DNA of 63,945 bases, filler included, from Octopus bimaculoides (GCF_001194135.2; 9 parts of 9 records of this genome joined end to end with filler, not necessarily neighbours in it), one strand, 5' to 3'; shown: positions 46,630-59,057, numbered from the whole stretch's first letter. The notes: generated from the letters alone by a model not told the origin. Program-made: numbers and translations.

Positions 46630-49284
46630 CAATAGTTATAAAAACCAATAAAATTTTGAGCCTTAAATGCTTCTGTTGATCAAGTACATGTTTCCGACTC
46701 AATTTTTTGAGGTGAATCCAAAATACATATGCATTTTATTCCTTCGCGTCACGTTTCCTCTTATTTTAAAAAATTAAGCAAATCTATGGCTTTCTTGTCA
46801 TGCATAAGATGCCAACCTTCGGTAATTACGAATCATCTTTTTTGGAATCTCAAATGATGTATAAATGAGAAGGCAAGAAATCATGATGTTAGAAAAATGT
46901 TTTATCCATTTGAAGAGTAAATTCGGGCAAAAGTCTTCACATCTTAATGCCAAAGTGCTGCTTACAGATGATTACACTCACTCAAACTTCTTGCAGTTTT
47001 TGTGAAAATTTCGAATAGAACTGAAAACATGATTAAAGATAATGTTGCAGTAATTTGTGTATCATTGCTCTTTCAATGAACATGACTTCTGGTATTGTAA
47101 AATCAGTTAATTGAAACTTCCGATACAATTATAAATCTTTTATTATTTTATACTTTGTTCTTGTTCATTTGTCTAGTTGTTTATGTATCCAAGTCGCTGA
47201 AAATATTAAAATAACTCACACAATTTTTGCAACATTTGTGGAAATTTATTCTACCACTGCAAAGGAAATCAGTTTCAGCCTTTGTGAAGAAAGCGAACCT
47301 GGCATCCTTTGGAGTACAAATTGGAGAGCAAGATATGCTATGGACTTCACATATCGTGTGTAATTTTTCTACACCAGACTACACGAGTGGACACTTAGAA
47401 AAGGGCCATGTAATTTGGCATACAAATAATATGGTGGGAGCCAAAAAACTAGGCAACTGACTGTTATGTTTGTTTAACAAACACACGTGGATTCAATGCT
47501 AAGAATAAACATAATGTTGACTATCCCAATCTGCTATTCTACCAATGCCGTTCTCTGCTGATCAACTAGTACCTGTTTTCCGTCAATTACCTGGAGATGG
47601 GAAAACCATTTTACTCTCGTCCGGAAGTATCCAAGCAACCAAAAGAAGTGTCTGATATAGAATCAGAACAATCTTCAGGGTGCCTTAGTGGTGAGGACCT
47701 GAATAACACTGATTTTGTTGGTATTTCTATCTCAAGTGCTAGTTCGTCAACTTCTAATAGAGCAGACTGCTTTGATCAAAATGAATTCACGATTTAAGCC
47801 TTTTAAAAAAGGTCAGCTGAGTTGTTGGTTTCCAGGTTACATGAAAATCATCTTCTGAAGTCCGGCACAGTCGTAACATTTTATCGCTACAGGGGAAAAA
47901 CATCGTCAATTCTTTAAAACCGTTGGTTCATTCATCGCGTGTATTGATGTTAGTGGAGTTTTTAACCATTTGGGGGCTGAATCTTATGATCCTTCCCACT
48001 GGTGGCTTTTCATTGACAGTTCTAGGCATAGTTTAACATGTGTGCTGCTGCATAACGATAACATTATGCAGCAGCAATGCTCAACTCCAATAGAACATTC
48101 AGTGCAGTCAAAGGAAGGATATGAAGTTGAAAAAGTTCTGTCATGATTAACTATAGGATTCACAAATGGATAATGTCTGTTGGTCTTAAGATGGTCAACA
48201 TTTTGCTTGACCAACAGCGTGGTTGCACAAAGTTTCCATTCCATGCTTCATCTGTTGCTGGGACACCTGATCAAGAGACAAGCTTTGGATGCAAGGGAGC
48301 TGTCCTACAAGAGATTCACTGCAAGTTGGGGACAAAAACATCATTAATGAGTCATTAGTTGACCGTGGGAAAATAATACTCCCGCCATTACAAGCTAGGA
48401 CGTTTGAAAATATTTGTTAAGGCCTTAGATAAGGAAGCTGACTGTTTTGAATACATTCATTCGGAATTTCCAAGTTTTGGTGAAGAGAAACTTTAGGCTG
48501 GGGATTTTGATGAGTCGCAAATACGGTCAAATTGGTCAAAGAGGAACACTTTGTTTATTCCATGAACATGACTGAAAAAGAAGCATAGAATTTTTTGCAG
48601 GTGCCATCAAAAACTTTCTTGGCATCAACAAAGCAGCCAATTACAAAGAAATTGTTGAAAAAAATGCTCTGGTATTTTCATTCACTGGGATGCAAAACGA
48701 ACATCAAGATACATTATTTTGTTTAGTCACTTGCTTTTTGTGTTTAAGATTCTGTAACAGCAGAATAGAATCCATACTCATCATATTTCTTTTTACCAGG
48801 AATATTTTTTGACTGTCTTGTATTGAAGAATCATTTGAGGTTGCCGCTATTATTCAATCCCAGGTCAGCATTGACTGAACAAACTCGTGTTTAAAAGGAT
48901 TGCAGTCGTGACTCCTCTCTTTTACTCAGACTCTGTATATCGAGTACTACACGGTTTCGATATACAGTACCTTCCTTAAGATGGTAGGGAATACGAACTG
49001 ACAAAACAATTTGACTGCTATTCTTTGCAGGTCGAGTGACTATATACATGCCCTTATGGTTATGCTAGAAAACATTGACATACATAACACAGGTCTATAA
49101 AATTTGGGGATGGAAATGTTTCTATTAAATAGACAAGTTTTTCTGAAGCATTTTTTCAAGCTAAAACCCGATATGCTATTCGCTTTCTTCAACCATAGTC
49201 TTTGTAATACACACTACGTTGATTTTTTCATTAAAAATGCAGTTTTCCTCAGTTTTTAAGTCCTGAGTTGACTTAGGAACAGTG
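46630..49284 (+). mobile_element. Chapaev3-like (CMC group) DNA transposon, heavily decayed
   Basis: Mosaic frames 47170-48735: FC.ICG, QRKS...VKKA....FGVQIGEQDM.W..HIVC, YPNLL, W.LFIDSS..SL..VLLH, GLKMVNILL.QQ.G.TKFP, PLVD..KIILPPL, KALDK, FLG..KAANYKEIV; right end ...GGAACAGTG (CAC terminus) at 49284; left end not found exactly. Confidence 0.75.
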
Positions 49285-49502
49285 GGCCAAAGTGTGAAAA
49301 ATGTTTCATTATCATCCTTTTCTTGCATAAAATATAGTAAACTTATGAATATAGCTGATTTTGTGCATAGGTAGTTTAAATGTAGTAAGACTTCGGCCAG
49401 AAATGGGTATGTTATTATTATTATTTATCCATTTACTTTTTTGCTTATGATAGAGAAAATAAAAAAAATGCAAACACATATATTTGAACTTCTTCTATAA
49501 AG

Positions 49503-49720
49503 TAAGGCTGCGAGCTGACAGAATAGTTAGCACGCCGGGCAAAATGATAAGCAGCATTTCTTCCGTCTTTACGTCTTTACAAATTCCACCGAGATCGGTT
49601 TTGCCTTTCATACTTTCGGGGTCGATAAATTAAATATCATTTGAGCATTAGGGTCGTTTTGATCGACTTACGCTCTCCTTCAAAATTGCTGACCTTGTGC
49701 CAAAATTAGAAACCAATATT
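49503..49720 (+). mobile_element. SINE family B, full-length
   Basis: aaggctgcgagctgacagaatagttagcacgccgggcaaaatg...tttcggggtcgataaattaa...ccttgtgccaaaattagaaaccaatatt. Confidence 0.88.
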
Positions 49721-50748
49721 TTCCTATAGAGTTGTATTAACCTATTTTATCCCCGTTCTTTCTATCAAGTTAACACCTTTATGTACATTAGAATCTATTG
49801 ACCTACTAGACACTCAATGTTTTCTTTCTTATTGAATGATTGTGCAAATGACTATGTTAATTTAATAGCCATTAACTAACACATAAAATTCTAAAAATAC
49901 ATTAATTCTTGTATTTATAAAGAATACATAAATGCTCCATAAAAGCTTAAGAATACAGAAATCCATTCAACACAAATCTGCTTGTTCTTTAATCCTTCAG
50001 TGTGATTCATGTTATTTTATGTTTTATCTCTATCTTATAAACGAAACTGTACCTTCTTTTCTATTCTATTCTCTGGCCTCATTTCCACATTTCTACATAG
50101 ACGACCAAATGTATCTTACTTCGCATATATATACATGTATANNNNNNNNNNNNNNNNNNNNNNNNNNNNNNNNNNNNNNNNNNNNNNNNNNNNNNNNNNN
50201 NNNNNNNNNNNNNNNNNNNNNNNNNNNNNNNNNNNNNNNNNNNNNNNNNNNNNNNNNNNNNNNNNNNNNNNNNNNNNNNNNNNNNNNNNNNNNNNNNNNN
50301 NNNNNNNNNNNNNNNNNNNNNNNNNNNNNNNNNNNNNNNNNNNNNNNNNNNNNNNNNNNNNNNNNNNNNNNNNNNNNNNNNNNNNNNNNNNNNNNNNNNN
50401 NNNNNNNNNNNNNNNNNNNNNNNNNNNNNNNNNNNNNNNNNNNNNNNNNNNNNNNNNNNNNNNNNNNNNNNNNNNNNNNNNNNNNNNNNNNNNNNNNNNN
50501 NNNNNNNNNNNNNNNNNNNNNNNNNNNNNNNNNNNNNNNNNNNNNNNNNNNNNNNNNNNNNNNNNNNNNNNNNNNNNNNNNNNNNNNNNNNNNNNNNNNN
50601 NNNNNNNNNNNNNNNNNNNNNNNNNNNNNNNNNNNNNNNNNNNNNNNNNNNNNNNNNNNNNNNNNNNNNNNNNNNNNNNNNNNNNNNNNNNNNNNNNNNN
50701 NNNNNNNNNNNNNNNNNNNNNNNNNNNNNNNNNNNNNNNNNNNNNNNN

Positions 50749-50799
<51 letters not shown>

Positions 50800-51699
50800 T
50801 ATGTATGTATGTATTCCACGGAGTAAAGAATGGCCATAAGAAGTATCAAATTGAGCAGATATGTAGACAATTATGCAGAGAAACAAATTAGATGTATTAG
50901 ATATAACAGTTTGGGTATGAAATACAAAATATGTATATATGTATACATGCAAAACGAAAGAGACCAAAAAGGGGAGACTTTCAGACGATGAATTTTTAAG
51001 TATAAATATATGGATATCTATATCAATAGATTCAATTTACACTGAGTACAAACAACAAAGAAAATTAGAGGGGAGAAAGAGAGGAAGAAACGTGTTATGG
51101 ACTTTTAGCACTTGTCTTCCCCCCTTTTCCTTTTAACACACACGCACACATATATGTAGCAACCACTTGTATATTTAAATACCACTTTCTTGTCTGTATC
51201 GTACAATATATATATACATACATATATATATATATATANNNNNNNNNNNNNNNNNNNNNNNNNNNNNNNNNNNNNNNNNNNNNNNNNNNNNNNNNNNNNN
51301 NNNNNNNNNNNNNNNNNNNNNNNNNNNNNNNNNNNNNNNNNNNNNNNNNNNNNNNNNNNNNNNNNNNNNNNNNNNNNNNNNNNNNNNNNNNNNNNNNNNN
51401 NNNNNNNNNNNNNNNNNNNNNNNNNNNNNNNNNNNNNNNNNNNNNNNNNNNNNNNNNNNNNNNNNNNNNNNNNNNNNNNNNNNNNNNNNNNNNNNNTTCT
51501 TTCTTCTCCATACACCACAAGTGACAGCACGCATTTTTGTCTGTCTCATGTCAAAGCTTGTTTCTCCAGCGTTCAGCGCGTCACCTCGTTATGGCTTAAC
51601 AGCCCTTACCGTTTATTTTAACTGTCCTGCTTTTTTTACCAACTTTAAACCTCTGCAAATCCCAAATTTTATTTAATATGTTTTGCGGGAACGACTGTT

Positions 51700-51910
51700 T
51701 TGACAAAGACGCATCTTGTCCTAACGTTTGAAATGCGGAGTACATAAAACAGTGGACAATTGATGAAAGGATTGTTCTTTATGTTGCCTGTCTCGCTTTT
51801 CTATTTGTTTCTTTCGTTGTTCGAAAGAAAGTTCGTTTTCCATGTTTTTGTTTTTCATGTTCTCGTTTTTCATGTTGTTCACGTTTTTTGACGTCCTGTA
51901 CCCATATATG
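51700..51910 (-). mobile_element. Repeat ending (minus strand 5') in atatgggtacaggacgtc; probable Penelope-associated terminus
   Basis: Same terminus at 11524-11542 and 37716-37735, always next to (AT)n-rich sequence; the Penelope link is an inference. Confidence 0.45.
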
Positions 51911-51952
51911 CATATGTAAATACATGCATATGTAAGTATGCACATGTGTATG

Positions 51953-52415
51953 GGCGTAGGAGTGACTGTGTAGTAAGTAGCTTGCTTACGAACCACATGG
52001 TTCCTGGCTCAGTCCCACTGCGTGACACCTTGGGCAAGTGTCTTCTACTATAGCCTCGGGCCGACCAAAGCCTTGTGAGTGGATTTGGTAGACGGAAACT
52101 TAAAGAAGCCCGTTGTATATATGTATATATATATATGTGTATATGTTTGTATATGTGTGTATATGTTTGTGTGTCTGTGTTTGTTCTCCCTACATCGCTT
52201 GACAACCGATGCTGGTGTGTTTACATCCCCGTAACTTAGCGGTTCGGCAAAAGAGACCGATAGAATAAGTACTAGGCTTACAAANNNNNNNNNNAAGAGA
52301 CCGATAGAATAAGTACTAGGCTTACAAAGTCCTGGGGTCGATTTGCTCGACTAAAGACGGTGCTCCAGCATGGCCACAGCCAAATGATTGAAACAATTAA
52401 AAGAGAATAAAAGAG
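51953..52415 (+). mobile_element. SINE family A, full-length reference copy
   Basis: tRNA-like head, CCTTGGGCAAG box (reminiscent of CORE-type SINE domains), internal (TA/TG)n, tail ...ccagcatggccacag.caaatga.tgaaacaa.taaaaga. Confidence 0.95.
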
Positions 52416-52881
52416 TATGTATGTATGTATGTATGTATGTATGTATGTATGTATATACGCATATATTTATATTATTTATACTATATATATATATGACTGA
52501 GTAAAAAAGTCACGAATGTCTCGTCTTTTTTTGCCTGTCCTTCTAATTGTTGTTTCTCTTGTCTGCCTTTGTATCGTCTTTTTGTCCGAATGTTTTAATG
52601 TCCTCTATTGCGTTTTTGTTCCATTTNNNNNNNNNNNNNNNNNNNNNNNNNNNNNNNNNNNNNNNNNNNNNNNNNNNNNNNNNNNNNNNNNNNNNNNNNN
52701 NNNNNNNNNNNNNNNNNNNNNNNNNNNNNNNNNNNNNNNNNNNNNNNNNNNNNNNNNNNNNNNNNNNNNNNNNNNNNNNNNNNNNNNNNNNNNNNNNNNN
52801 NNNNNNNNNNNNNNNNNNNNNTATATATATATATATATATATATGTATTTATGTATGTATGTATACATACACACATACATA

Positions 52882-53670
52882 CACGAGGGTGAGATGAAAA
52901 GTTCATAGGCTGACTATGAAGGAGTGAGACTAGAGCTGTGAAATCTTCCATATATTAATTTTAACGTCTCTTATTAATAACTGCATCGTGTCCCCACTAG
53001 TAAACTGACATCTGACTGTTCAAGAACACTTCAAAAGTAATTAGTAGCGACTTCTCTTGAGAATGGGCTAAATTTGGCATTGTGCTGTTATCAAGTAATT
53101 GCATTAAAGTGGTTTAGTCCCAAGGACATTCATGCTGAGATGGTTTCTACATTAGGGGATGACACTCCAGTTTTATCAACATTTATGAAAAAAGAGCAAC
53201 TGAATTTAGGAGGGGAAAGTAGAGTCTTGAAGATGATCCAAGGTCTGGACGTCCTGTAAATGCCACTACCGAGGAAAACATTGATCGTGGTCATCACATG
53301 CTGATTGAAGATTGGCGATTGACTATAAATAAAAGAGACAATGCTATTAGCATATCCTGTGAGAGAGTTGAGAATATTTTGCACAATGTACTTGACGGGA
53401 TGAAAGTTTCGGTTCGGTAGGTTCCACGTCTTCTGAACACTTGATCAGCAGTGCACCAGGCTGATCACATCATGGGAAGATCTGAAATAATTTGAGACAG
53501 ATCCAGCTGGTTTCTTTGAACGGTTCCTGTATCAAGATGACTGTTGGGTTGATTACTTTGAGTCAGAGACAAGGAACTAATCCATGCAGTGGAAACACCC
53601 CTCCTTACCTGCACCAAAGAAAGCTGGGGTCAGTTTTTTTGGAAGCAAAAGGCATTGTGTTTATTGATTA
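52882..53670 (+). mobile_element. mariner transposon, 5' two-thirds, decayed
   Basis: TIR-like cgagggtgagatgaaaagttc; SPKDIHAEMVSTLGDD, SLEDDPRSGRP..ATTEENID, VPRLL (WVPHEL-equivalent), ETRN*SMQWKHP..PAPKK. Confidence 0.88.
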
Positions 53671-53943
53671 TTATTATTATTTTATGTTTGACTTTTGTTT
53701 TGCATTTGTACAAGTTGGATCCAAGTCTCACCCAGAGACCTCAAGAGACAACAAGTTAGAAGTTCATGTAGGTGTTATGCCTAGGGTACCATATATTTGG
53801 ATTTGTACAGTTTTGTTCAAGTGAATGTTTAAGAAACCATAAGNNNNNNNNNNNNNNNNNNNNNNNNNNNNNNNNNNNNNNNNNNNNTTAATTAATTAAN
53901 NNNNNNNNNNNNNNNNNNNNNNNNNNNNNNNNNNNNNNNNNNN

Positions 53944-53980
<37 letters not shown>

Positions 53981-54325
53981 CATAGTTCATGGATGAGATC
54001 TAGAGATTCTCTGTAATACTGAAAAGATTCAAACTTAGACTCCGATGTCTTTACAGGAGATCGATTCCACAAGGTAAAGAATGGCTATATAAGGAACCAA
54101 GTGGATTGGTTATAGAAGCAATTAAGAGGATAAACAAGTTAGATACATCAAATATGTTATATATGTATTTAATATATTTGGTGTGTCTATATAATTGTTT
54201 ATATATAAACTGGTAATTTTTCAGATGTTCAGTTGGAATTCCACTAATTTTGGACAGTCTTGATAATGTTGTATTAACATATATTTTCGAGAATATCAAT
54301 ATTAATTTTAATGATATTTTATATG

Positions 54326-54561
54326 CAGGGTTGGCCAAAAGTCACCAGACAGTAAATCGAACATTTAATTCCAAGATTAAAACAAAAAAATTGTTTTATA
54401 CATGACTTCGCTAATAGACAGACATATGTTGAAAAAAAATGATGATTTTAACTCACAGCGTTCAATTAATAAACATTCATTACTGGAATGAATAAATAAA
54501 ATTGAATATTAAGTATTTATGGAATATTGATGTACTGTCGGGTGACTTTTGGCCAACCCTA
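54326..54561. mobile_element. Tc1/mariner-type MITE (236 bp)
   Basis: 29-bp TIRs cagggttggccaaaagtcaccagacagta / tactgtcgggtgacttttggccaacccta, 2 mismatches. Confidence 0.88.
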
Positions 54562-54585
54562 TGTGTATGTGTGTGTACATGTATT

Positions 54586-54676
<91 letters not shown>

Positions 54677-54954
54677 GTTAATGCAATTGAAACAATTGTT
54701 AGATTTATAAAGTGAGATCAAAAATAAAGATAAGATTTTCTCTGCATATTTTTTGTTATACACACACACACACACACACATACATGCATGTGTATGTGCA
54801 TATTCTGACAAAAAAGGATGGAAATATCCATTTGAATGACTATTCGGGTTAGAAATATTTCTTTGGTGCCGCATTTAAAGACGGTGCTAATCTTAATGAA
54901 GATTTCTCATTTGATTGCAAGGCAATAAATTTCTAGCAAAATATAACTCTTGTG

Positions 54955-55564
54955 TAAACTGACCCCAGTCTGTTACTGGTATTCATTGTATTTACTGACC
55001 CTGAAGCAATTAACAGCAGAATCAACTTTGGCAGGTTTCAGATTTGAATCACAGAAACAATGAATGAAATACTGCAATATACTGAATTTACCATTTCTAC
55101 CATTCCACTGTCTCAGACCATCATGATAAGGATTCTTTTTGGTACAGTCACAAGGGCTGAAAGTTTGGGGGTGTGGGGTTAGTAGATTATATTGACCCTG
55201 GCATTTACTGGTATTTATTTTATTGGCTCCAGAGGGATGAAAGGCATAGTCAGCCCCTGCAGAATTTGAACTCAGAATATGGGCATGCTAATGATTCTGT
55301 CAGCTTTCTGCCTTAATAATAATAATAATAATAATAATGATGATAATAATAATAAAGATAATAATAACAATCATAATAATAACAATAATAATCCTTTCTA
55401 CTATAGGCAAAAGGCCTGAAATTTTGAAGGAAGGGGCCAGTCGATTAGATCGATCTCAGTATTCAACTGGTACTTAATTTATTGATCCTGAAAAGATGAA
55501 AGGCAAAGTCGACCTCGGTGGAATTTGAACCCAGAATGTAGCCACGGGCAAAATACCGCTATGC

Positions 55565-55598
<34 letters not shown>

Positions 55599-56024
55599 TA
55601 ATAATGATGATCCTTTCCACTATAGGCACAAAGTCTGAAATATTGTGGGAGGGAGATAGTTGATTACATTGACCCCCAGTGTGTAACTGGTACTTATTTC
55701 ATCAACCTTGAAAGGATGAAAGACAACACCAATCTTGGCAGAATTTCCACTCAGCAGCAGAGGAAGACAGAGAAAATCCATTTAGCCTGGCATGCTAACA
55801 ATTCTGGCTGCTTATCTTCTTAATAAAGACAATAATCCTTTTTACTACTATAAGAAGGCCTGAGACTTTGGGAGAGAGGGCTAATTGATTACATCAACCC
55901 CAGTGTGCAACTGGTACTTATTTTTATCAAGCCTGAAAAGATGAAAGGCAAAGTTGATTTCGGTGGAATAATAATAATAATAATAATAATAATGATAATA
56001 ATAATAATAATGATAATAATAATA

Positions 56025-56055
<31 letters not shown>

Positions 56056-56283
56056 TGATAATGAGGCAAGCTGGCAGAATTATTACTGCACAGGACAAAA
56101 TGCCTAACAACATTTATTTTGGCTTAATGTTCTGAGTTCAAATTCCACTAAGGTCAACTTTGATTTTTATCCTTTCGAGGTCACTAAAATGAATAACAGT
56201 CGTGTGCTTGGGTTGATGAAATTAACTAGGCCTTCCTCCAAAATTTCGAGTCTTGTGGCTACAGTAGAAAAGATTATTATTGT
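54955..56283. mobile_element. Cluster of six SINE family B copies separated mostly by (AAT)n
   Basis: Minus: ~54955-55100, 55130-55313, 55390-55564, 55609-55821, 55833-55967; plus: 56064-56283. Confidence 0.85.
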
Positions 56284-56605
56284 TATTATTTTTTTCTAAA
56301 ATATGTATAAGAAAATTTAAAAAAAGATTGTTTGGGTTTTATTTTATCAAATATTTTGTGTAACACATCTTTTTCTTTTTTTTTTTTTTCATCATTTCTG
56401 TCCAGTCGACTGTAGTGATAATGCTCAAAGAAAAATTTAAAAAAGTTATACATACATACATATATTTGTATAATTATATTTATTTCCATAACAATTGTGT
56501 AGGGGAAGTGGTTCAAGGGTCTGGAATATGCCCAACAATCTCCCTTTAAATAACAGTTGAGGATCGCTTGAACGATTTAAGCACACTCTGTATGTGTGTG
56601 TGTGT

Positions 56606-56637
<32 letters not shown>

Positions 56638-56904
56638 CTCTCTCTCTCTCTCTTTTTCTCTCTCTCTCTCTCTCTCTCTGTACCTTACTTTCTTCTTACA
56701 AACTTGCCTCTTCACAATCAAATGGTGATACTTTTATGATTGTCAAACAAGCGTAAATCAATGTTCCAAAAGATGTTTCATGCTCTTCCAGTTTGACATA
56801 TTTTCCTGATTTCTGTGGGGGTCATCTCGAAGAAGAAAAAAAAACAAAAACAAATAACAAGTGCTCTCCCCCACCTCCAAGGATTCCACAGTAAAAGTTA
56901 CCTA

Positions 56905-56938
56905 TCAGTCGAGCCGAGCGATTGAATTGTCACAGATG
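56905..56938 (+). promoter_or_regulatory. Candidate Pol II core promoter: Inr (TCAGTC, +1 = 56907) plus DPE (AGATG at +28..+32)
   Basis: Both match the Drosophila consensus (TCAGTY; RGWYV) at the exact canonical spacing, 220 bp upstream of a GTAAGT donor. Confidence 0.55.
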
Positions 56939-57128
56939 TTATAAGTGTAAAGGTGTTACGCATTTTCGTGTGACTTGCGCAGTACAAAGACAACTCATCT
57001 GATAAAAGTTTAGCTGGTTCACTGGTCTATTGAGGTTTGAACACTATTGTCAACCAAATAAGCCTGTTGGGAGTGATACAATTATTTTAGCTGTTTTTTT
57101 TTTTCTTCTCTCTATTGCATACCCAATG
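56907..57128 (+). other. Putative first exon (5'UTR) ending in ATG followed by a perfect donor gtaagt
   Basis: ...catacccaATG|gtaagt (GT at 57129-57130); repeat-free; the only other ATG is a 2-codon uORF (ATG TTA TAA at 56936). Confidence 0.55.
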
Positions 57129-57505
57129 GTAAGTGTTGCATGAGAGGTATTGTGTACGGCAACAACAAACCTTCACTTTGCGAGAACTGTTGTGCTGGTC
57201 AGACGCTCTGCCCGAGACAAAATGTACATTGACACATCCTGACCTTGTTGTCTTCGTGTTTTACGTTTTGGAATTTTGGTTTTAGTTAACTTAATCGACA
57301 GAAGTCTTAATTTTAAAGCACGTTTAGAAGTCCGAGGAAAAAAGAAAAATAATAGGAAAGAACTATCAGGGGGGAAACAAGGTTGACAAAAAGAAAAAAT
57401 AACAACAAGACACAGCAGAACATAGGAAAAGAGAAAACATATTTTCCACTTGTTTGAAAGAAACTCACCATTGAGGGGTCAAAATGACTTGTACATACCC
57501 TGCAG

Positions 57506-57815
57506 ATTTCTCTGGAAGAATTGGACCTTCATATCCTGAGACAAATTTAACTACATTACACCCCCATCATCCACAGCCCCACCATGCACAGGCTCCTATC
57601 CCAACTGGCACAGTTGTACCCCAGCCACCGCCACCTCCGATGGCAGCCTGTGGACCCCCAGCAATGTCGCCGCCACCTAGTTATACAACGATGGGCCCAT
57701 ATCAGTCCTACCTTGGAGATTTGTACTGTTCCCCAGATATGGGCTATTACGACCCCTACTATCCAAAAGATGCCGAGTTAAGCAGCTGTCGTTATGGATG
57801 TTCAAATTTTCCAAG
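57506..57815 (+). CDS. Coding exon of an unidentified gene; Pro/His/Tyr-rich low-complexity N-terminal region with a PPxY motif, as seen in many transcription factors and WW-domain ligands
   Basis: GC-rich open frame bounded by ccctgcag| (57505; alternative in-frame cag| at 57576 or 57591) and AAG|gtattt (57815, phase 2); ...PQPPPPPMAACGPPAMSPPPSYTTMGPYQSYLGDLYCSPDMGYYDPYYPKDAELSSCRYGCSNFP; no TE motifs. Confidence 0.75.
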
Positions 57816-57913
57816 GTATTTCTGAGAAATTCTTACATTTTCATCAATTAGCTCTACGTTTAAGTTACACCATTCAGGAAAATCTAAAATCTAAATACTT
57901 TCACAATATTTAA

Positions 57914-58323
57914 CCCTTTTGTGACCATATTGAACACTGCATTTGTTTCAATTAATTTCAAAAATAACAAACAATTCTGTAAAATAACTTTTGTCATTAT
58001 TAAGCTTGGATTTGGAGCATAAATTAACTTGAAATTTTGATGGCAGGTTTTAATTTAAACTGTTTTTAAACAAATGGTTTGTGTCATAGGACCAAGGCCA
58101 GTTTCCCTTTTGGTGCCATGTTTCTTTTGAAATCCACGGTTTTTAAATCAATTAATTTTGAAAATAACAAAGAATTTAGCAAAATAACTTACTCATTAAT
58201 GAATTGGTATTTGGAATATTTATCAACATGAAATTTTAATAAGTTTTTATTTAAATCACTTTAAAACAGGAAATGTGTATCTTGGAATCAAGGGCAGTCT
58301 TGGACAAGTTGGTATCAAAAGGG
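57914..58323. mobile_element. piggyBac-type MITE (410 bp) with TTAA target duplication
   Basis: TTAA|CCCTTTTGTGACCA ... TGGTATCAAAAGGG|TTAA; internal ~120-bp direct repeat (~57950-58072 and ~58151-58268). Confidence 0.88.
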
Positions 58324-59057
58324 TTAAAATAGGGATTTCTTTTCTTTTTTCTGTTATGTCTAAAAATTCTTCCAATTAATTCATACTCTTTTGTTGTTGT
58401 TATTTCATTCAACATCAATTTTCTGAAATCACCCATCAAAAACAAACAAAACAAAAAAAGCATTTCATAAAAAAAACCCTGAAATTATTTTATTCCTGTG
58501 CATCTCTTTGATTCATATTAATCACTCCAATTATGCTTTAGAACCTCGTTATTGCATAGACTTATTTATGTACATTCTTTGGAGACTATGGGGTAAATGG
58601 GTGGGTGTTACATTTTGGTCCTAAACGAACCCTTATTGTTTCCACTTCTTCCGTAGCCATGGTGATAGTCAGGTTTTCTTGACCACAAAGGGACCATCAA
58701 CAGTATTTTAAGCCCATCTTTGTCTTGATTGTAGATGGGTGGTCGTGCCAAGATTTGGGTCTTAGAACATGAGGTCCTTGTTTATAACAAATAAGGACTT
58801 CATCAACCAGATATCTGACAATATTGGACTGGGCAGACATGTGAGAAGTTGTTATTAGGGTCCAAGCATGTAAAGAGTTACATGGAACCTACAGGAGAAT
58901 CCACCCCTCTATCTCTGTGTTGTCACTCGACTCACTAGAAACAACTAAATATCCCTTCAAAATCACAATCTATTACATTAAACAAAGAAGGATAGACTTT
59001 TGATATACAAACAGATGGTAAAGTCATGTCAGGAACGTCTTTCATCCAGAGTTTGCA

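Noticed and set aside
52251-52328. 34-bp direct repeat inside SINE-A
   Set aside because: The copies flank a 10-N gap exactly: an unmerged contig overlap
57640-57815. Tyr/Met/Asp-rich stretch (DMGYYDPYY) suggesting a cephalopod reflectin
   Set aside because: Lacks the repeated MD(X)5MD reflectin motif and Arg/Trp richness; Pro-rich context differs
58590-58920. Possible further exon or LINE fragment in the intron
   Set aside because: All frames are interrupted and I could not match a motif with confidence; probably an old TE remnant
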